Assembly (NCBI GenBank): GCA_963733375.1
Contig: CAVTDB010000026.1
Span: 352,001 to 416,000, forward strand
Direction: 5' to 3'
Source: Nitrospirota bacterium
GTDB taxonomy: Bacteria; Nitrospirota; JACRHJ01
Length of the DNA stretch: 64,000 nucleotides
The notes beneath the pieces are model-generated. The model did not search any database and was not told where the DNA came from. It worked only from the letters and a program-made list of their open reading frames with translations. Position 1 is the first letter of the stretch. Each line of letters opens with the position of its first letter. The translations under genes were made by a program, and so were the position numbers. Shown here in pieces: positions 62,901 to 64,000 of the stretch.

Positions 62901-64000
62901 TTGAAACCTCCGGTTTTATTTTAGAATAATTCTTTACTTTCAGCACCGCCAGGAATGCCTCCTGCGGCACTTCCACGGACCCAAGCTGCTTCATCTTCTT
63001 CTTGCCTTCTTTCTGCTTCTCTAACAGCTTTCTCTTCCTGGTGATGTCGCCGCCGTAGCACTTCGCGATTACGTCTTTCCTAAGCGGGCGGACGGTCTCC
63101 CTGGCGATTACCTTGGCCCCGATCGCCGCCTGTATCGCCACCTCGAACATCTGCCGCGGTATCAACTCTTTTAGCTTGACGGCTAACTCACGGCCTCTGA
63201 ATTCCGCCTTGTCGCGGTGCGTTATCAAAGAGAGGGCGTCAACGCCTTCGCCGTTCAGCAGTATATCCAGTTTAACCAGGTTGGATACCCTGTACCCTAT
63301 GAAGTCATAATCCAGCGAGGCGTAGCCCCGGCTGACGGACTTCAGTTTGTCGTAGAAGTCGAGCACTATTTCGTTCAAGGGAAGCTCGTAAGTAATCATA
63401 GAGCGGTCGCGGTCTAAATAGTTCAGGTCTTTCTGGATCCCCCGCCTCTCCTGGCACAGCGAAAGAATGGAGCCGATGTATTCGTTAGGCACCATTATGG
63501 TAGCCAGTATAAAAGGCTCCTCCATCTTCTCTATCTTCTGCAGGTCCGGGAGCTTCGACGGGTTATCCACCATGACCACTTCCCCGCCCGTTTTGGTAAT
63601 CCGATAGACGACGGTGGGGGCGGTGGAGAGAAGCGAAAGCCCGAACTCGCGCTCCAGGCGCTCCTGGATTATCTCCATGTGCAAAAGCCCCAGGAAGCCG
63701 CAGCGGAAGCCGAACCCGAGCGCAAGCGAGGTCTCCGGTTCGTATGAGAAGGACGAGTCGTTCAGCCGGAGCTTCTCCAGCGCGTCCCGGAGGTCTTCAT
63801 ATTGCTGGGTATCCGTCGGATAAAGCCCGCAGAATACCATGGCCTTCACTTCCCGGTAGCCCGGTAAAGGCTCCGCCGCCGGCCTCTCCACTTCAGTAAT
63901 GGTATCTCCGATTTTAGAGTCCTGAACCCTCTTTATCCCGGCGATGATATATCCCACGTCGCCCGCGGTCAATTGCTCCGTCTTTATGAGCTTGGGCGTG
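62890..64000 (-). CDS. lepA: elongation factor 4, 3' part (5' end outside window)
   Basis: [42 protein letters not shown] motifs. Confidence 0.97.
   Translation of the reverse strand, partial: TPKLIKTEQLTAGDVGYIIAGIKRVQDSKIGDTITEVERPAAEPLPGYREVKAMVFCGLYPTDTQQYEDLRDALEKLRLNDSSFSYEPETSLALGFGFRCGFLGLLHMEIIQERLEREFGLSLLSTAPTVVYRITKTGGEVVMVDNPSKLPDLQKIEKMEEPFILATIMVPNEYIGSILSLCQERRGIQKDLNYLDRDRSMITYELPLNEIVLDFYDKLKSVSRGYASLDYDFIGYRVSNLVKLDILLNGEGVDALSLITHRDKAEFRGRELAVKLKELIPRQMFEVAIQAAIGAKVIARETVRPLRKDVIAKCYGGDITRKRKLLEKQKEGKKKMKQLGSVEVPQEAFLAVLKVKNYSKIKPEVSIGG

Overview
Core chromosomal window from a GC-rich diderm bacterium (gene content suggests a Nitrospirota/Desulfobacterota-like organism; this is inference). 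Many conserved genes are split by single-base indels, most likely long-read assembly errors, so I give reconstructed gene spans. The + strand from 1 to 43456 carries a large lipid A/LPS core cluster (lpxA, lpxI, gnnA/gnnB-like, lpxB, msbA, DUF374/LpxJ-like, waaA, lpxK, lpxL, waaF, gmhB, waaC, glycosyltransferases, rfaE1, kdsB, pyrG, kdsA, kdsD, kdsC), then pgsA, plsY, TPR and DUF4388 proteins, and futalosine-pathway genes. The - strand from 43701 to 64000 carries lepA, lepB, a PyrR-attenuated pyr/car operon, a nucleotidase-like tetraheme cytochrome fusion and tRNA-modification genes. Three AT-rich inserts sit inside the LPS operon: an orphan membrane gene, an antisense glycosyl-/sulfotransferase island, and a two-gene cassette. 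That cassette is the best candidate for an undescribed system: an M.PvuII-like N4-cytosine methyltransferase coupled to a 757-aa GHKL (MORC-like) ATPase with no visible nuclease, next to a REP-like palindrome. Also notable are a palindromic repeat doublet inside waaA, a DARS-like DnaA-box/Fis-site cluster at the strand switch, and nested inverted repeats between pyrG and kdsA. I found no rRNA, tRNA, CRISPR array, integrase or transposase.
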